Assembly: GCA_001789805.1 (NCBI GenBank)
Contig: MGAR01000018.1
Location: 35,981 to 99,980, forward strand
DNA from: Candidatus Roizmanbacteria bacterium RIFCSPLOWO2_01_FULL_41_22
Lineage (GTDB): Bacteria > Patescibacteriota > Microgenomatia > UBA1406 > GWC2-37-13
DNA: 64,000 bases
Direction of reading: 5' to 3'
Of this stretch, positions 63,990-64,000 are shown one piece after another. How positions within the stretch are numbered: position 1 is the first letter of the stretch; each line of letters starts with the position of its first letter. A program made the position numbers and the translations under genes. The notes below the pieces were generated by a model that saw nothing but the letters and a program-made list of their open reading frames with translations, did not search any database and was not told the origin of the DNA.

Positions 63990-64000
63990 GGAATTGCTCT

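Larger units (their letters stand above)
60701..64000. mobile_element. Integron-like platform: recombinase, attI-like region and at least 3-4 cassettes (array runs off the window)
   Basis: The divergent recombinase sits beside same-strand short ORFs separated by structured sites. Their outer 7-mers are reverse complements across each cassette (see findings). Confidence 0.7.

Noticed and set aside
1-64000. Alternative genetic code (UGA as a sense codon, as in some CPR lineages).
   Set aside because: All conserved genes read full-length with the standard code, and none of the conserved genes needs read-through of a UGA to reach its expected length.

Overview
Gene-dense window of roughly 40% GC (estimated by eye). 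It looks like chromosome from a small-genome, CPR/Patescibacteria-like bacterium. That placement is an inference from DUF4012, DUF5679 and DUF3048 proteins plus domain-minimised AspRS, IF-2, CarB, HrcA and DnaJ; the standard genetic code fits. Core content: aspS, rplY, secD/secF, cca, nfo, hrcA-grpE-dnaK-dnaJ, epmA-efp, radA, nusA-infB, rmuC-recJ, argS, a carB-carA-argF-argG-argH block, a nucleotide-sugar/glycosyltransferase cluster (ugd, UDP-xylose synthase, GT2-GtrA, rmlB, rmlD), miaB and one tRNA-Tyr. Accessory content: a RelE/Phd pair; an AT-rich islet (2.2-5.6 kb) next to tRNA-Tyr flanked by imperfect direct repeats; and a four-gene orphan cluster (10.5-13.2 kb). The most notable observation is an integron-like platform at 60.7-64.0 kb and beyond. 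An IntI-like tyrosine recombinase is transcribed divergently from an array of short cassettes, and the flanking 7-mers of each cassette obey the attC R''/R' complementarity rule. Second is a three-copy structured element with compensatory and G.U substitutions placed directly upstream of three unrelated genes. Third are several families of word-repeat palindromes in intergenic spacers, with similar repeated words also lying in-frame inside genes. All calls rest on reading the sequence and remembered family motifs; no database search was run.
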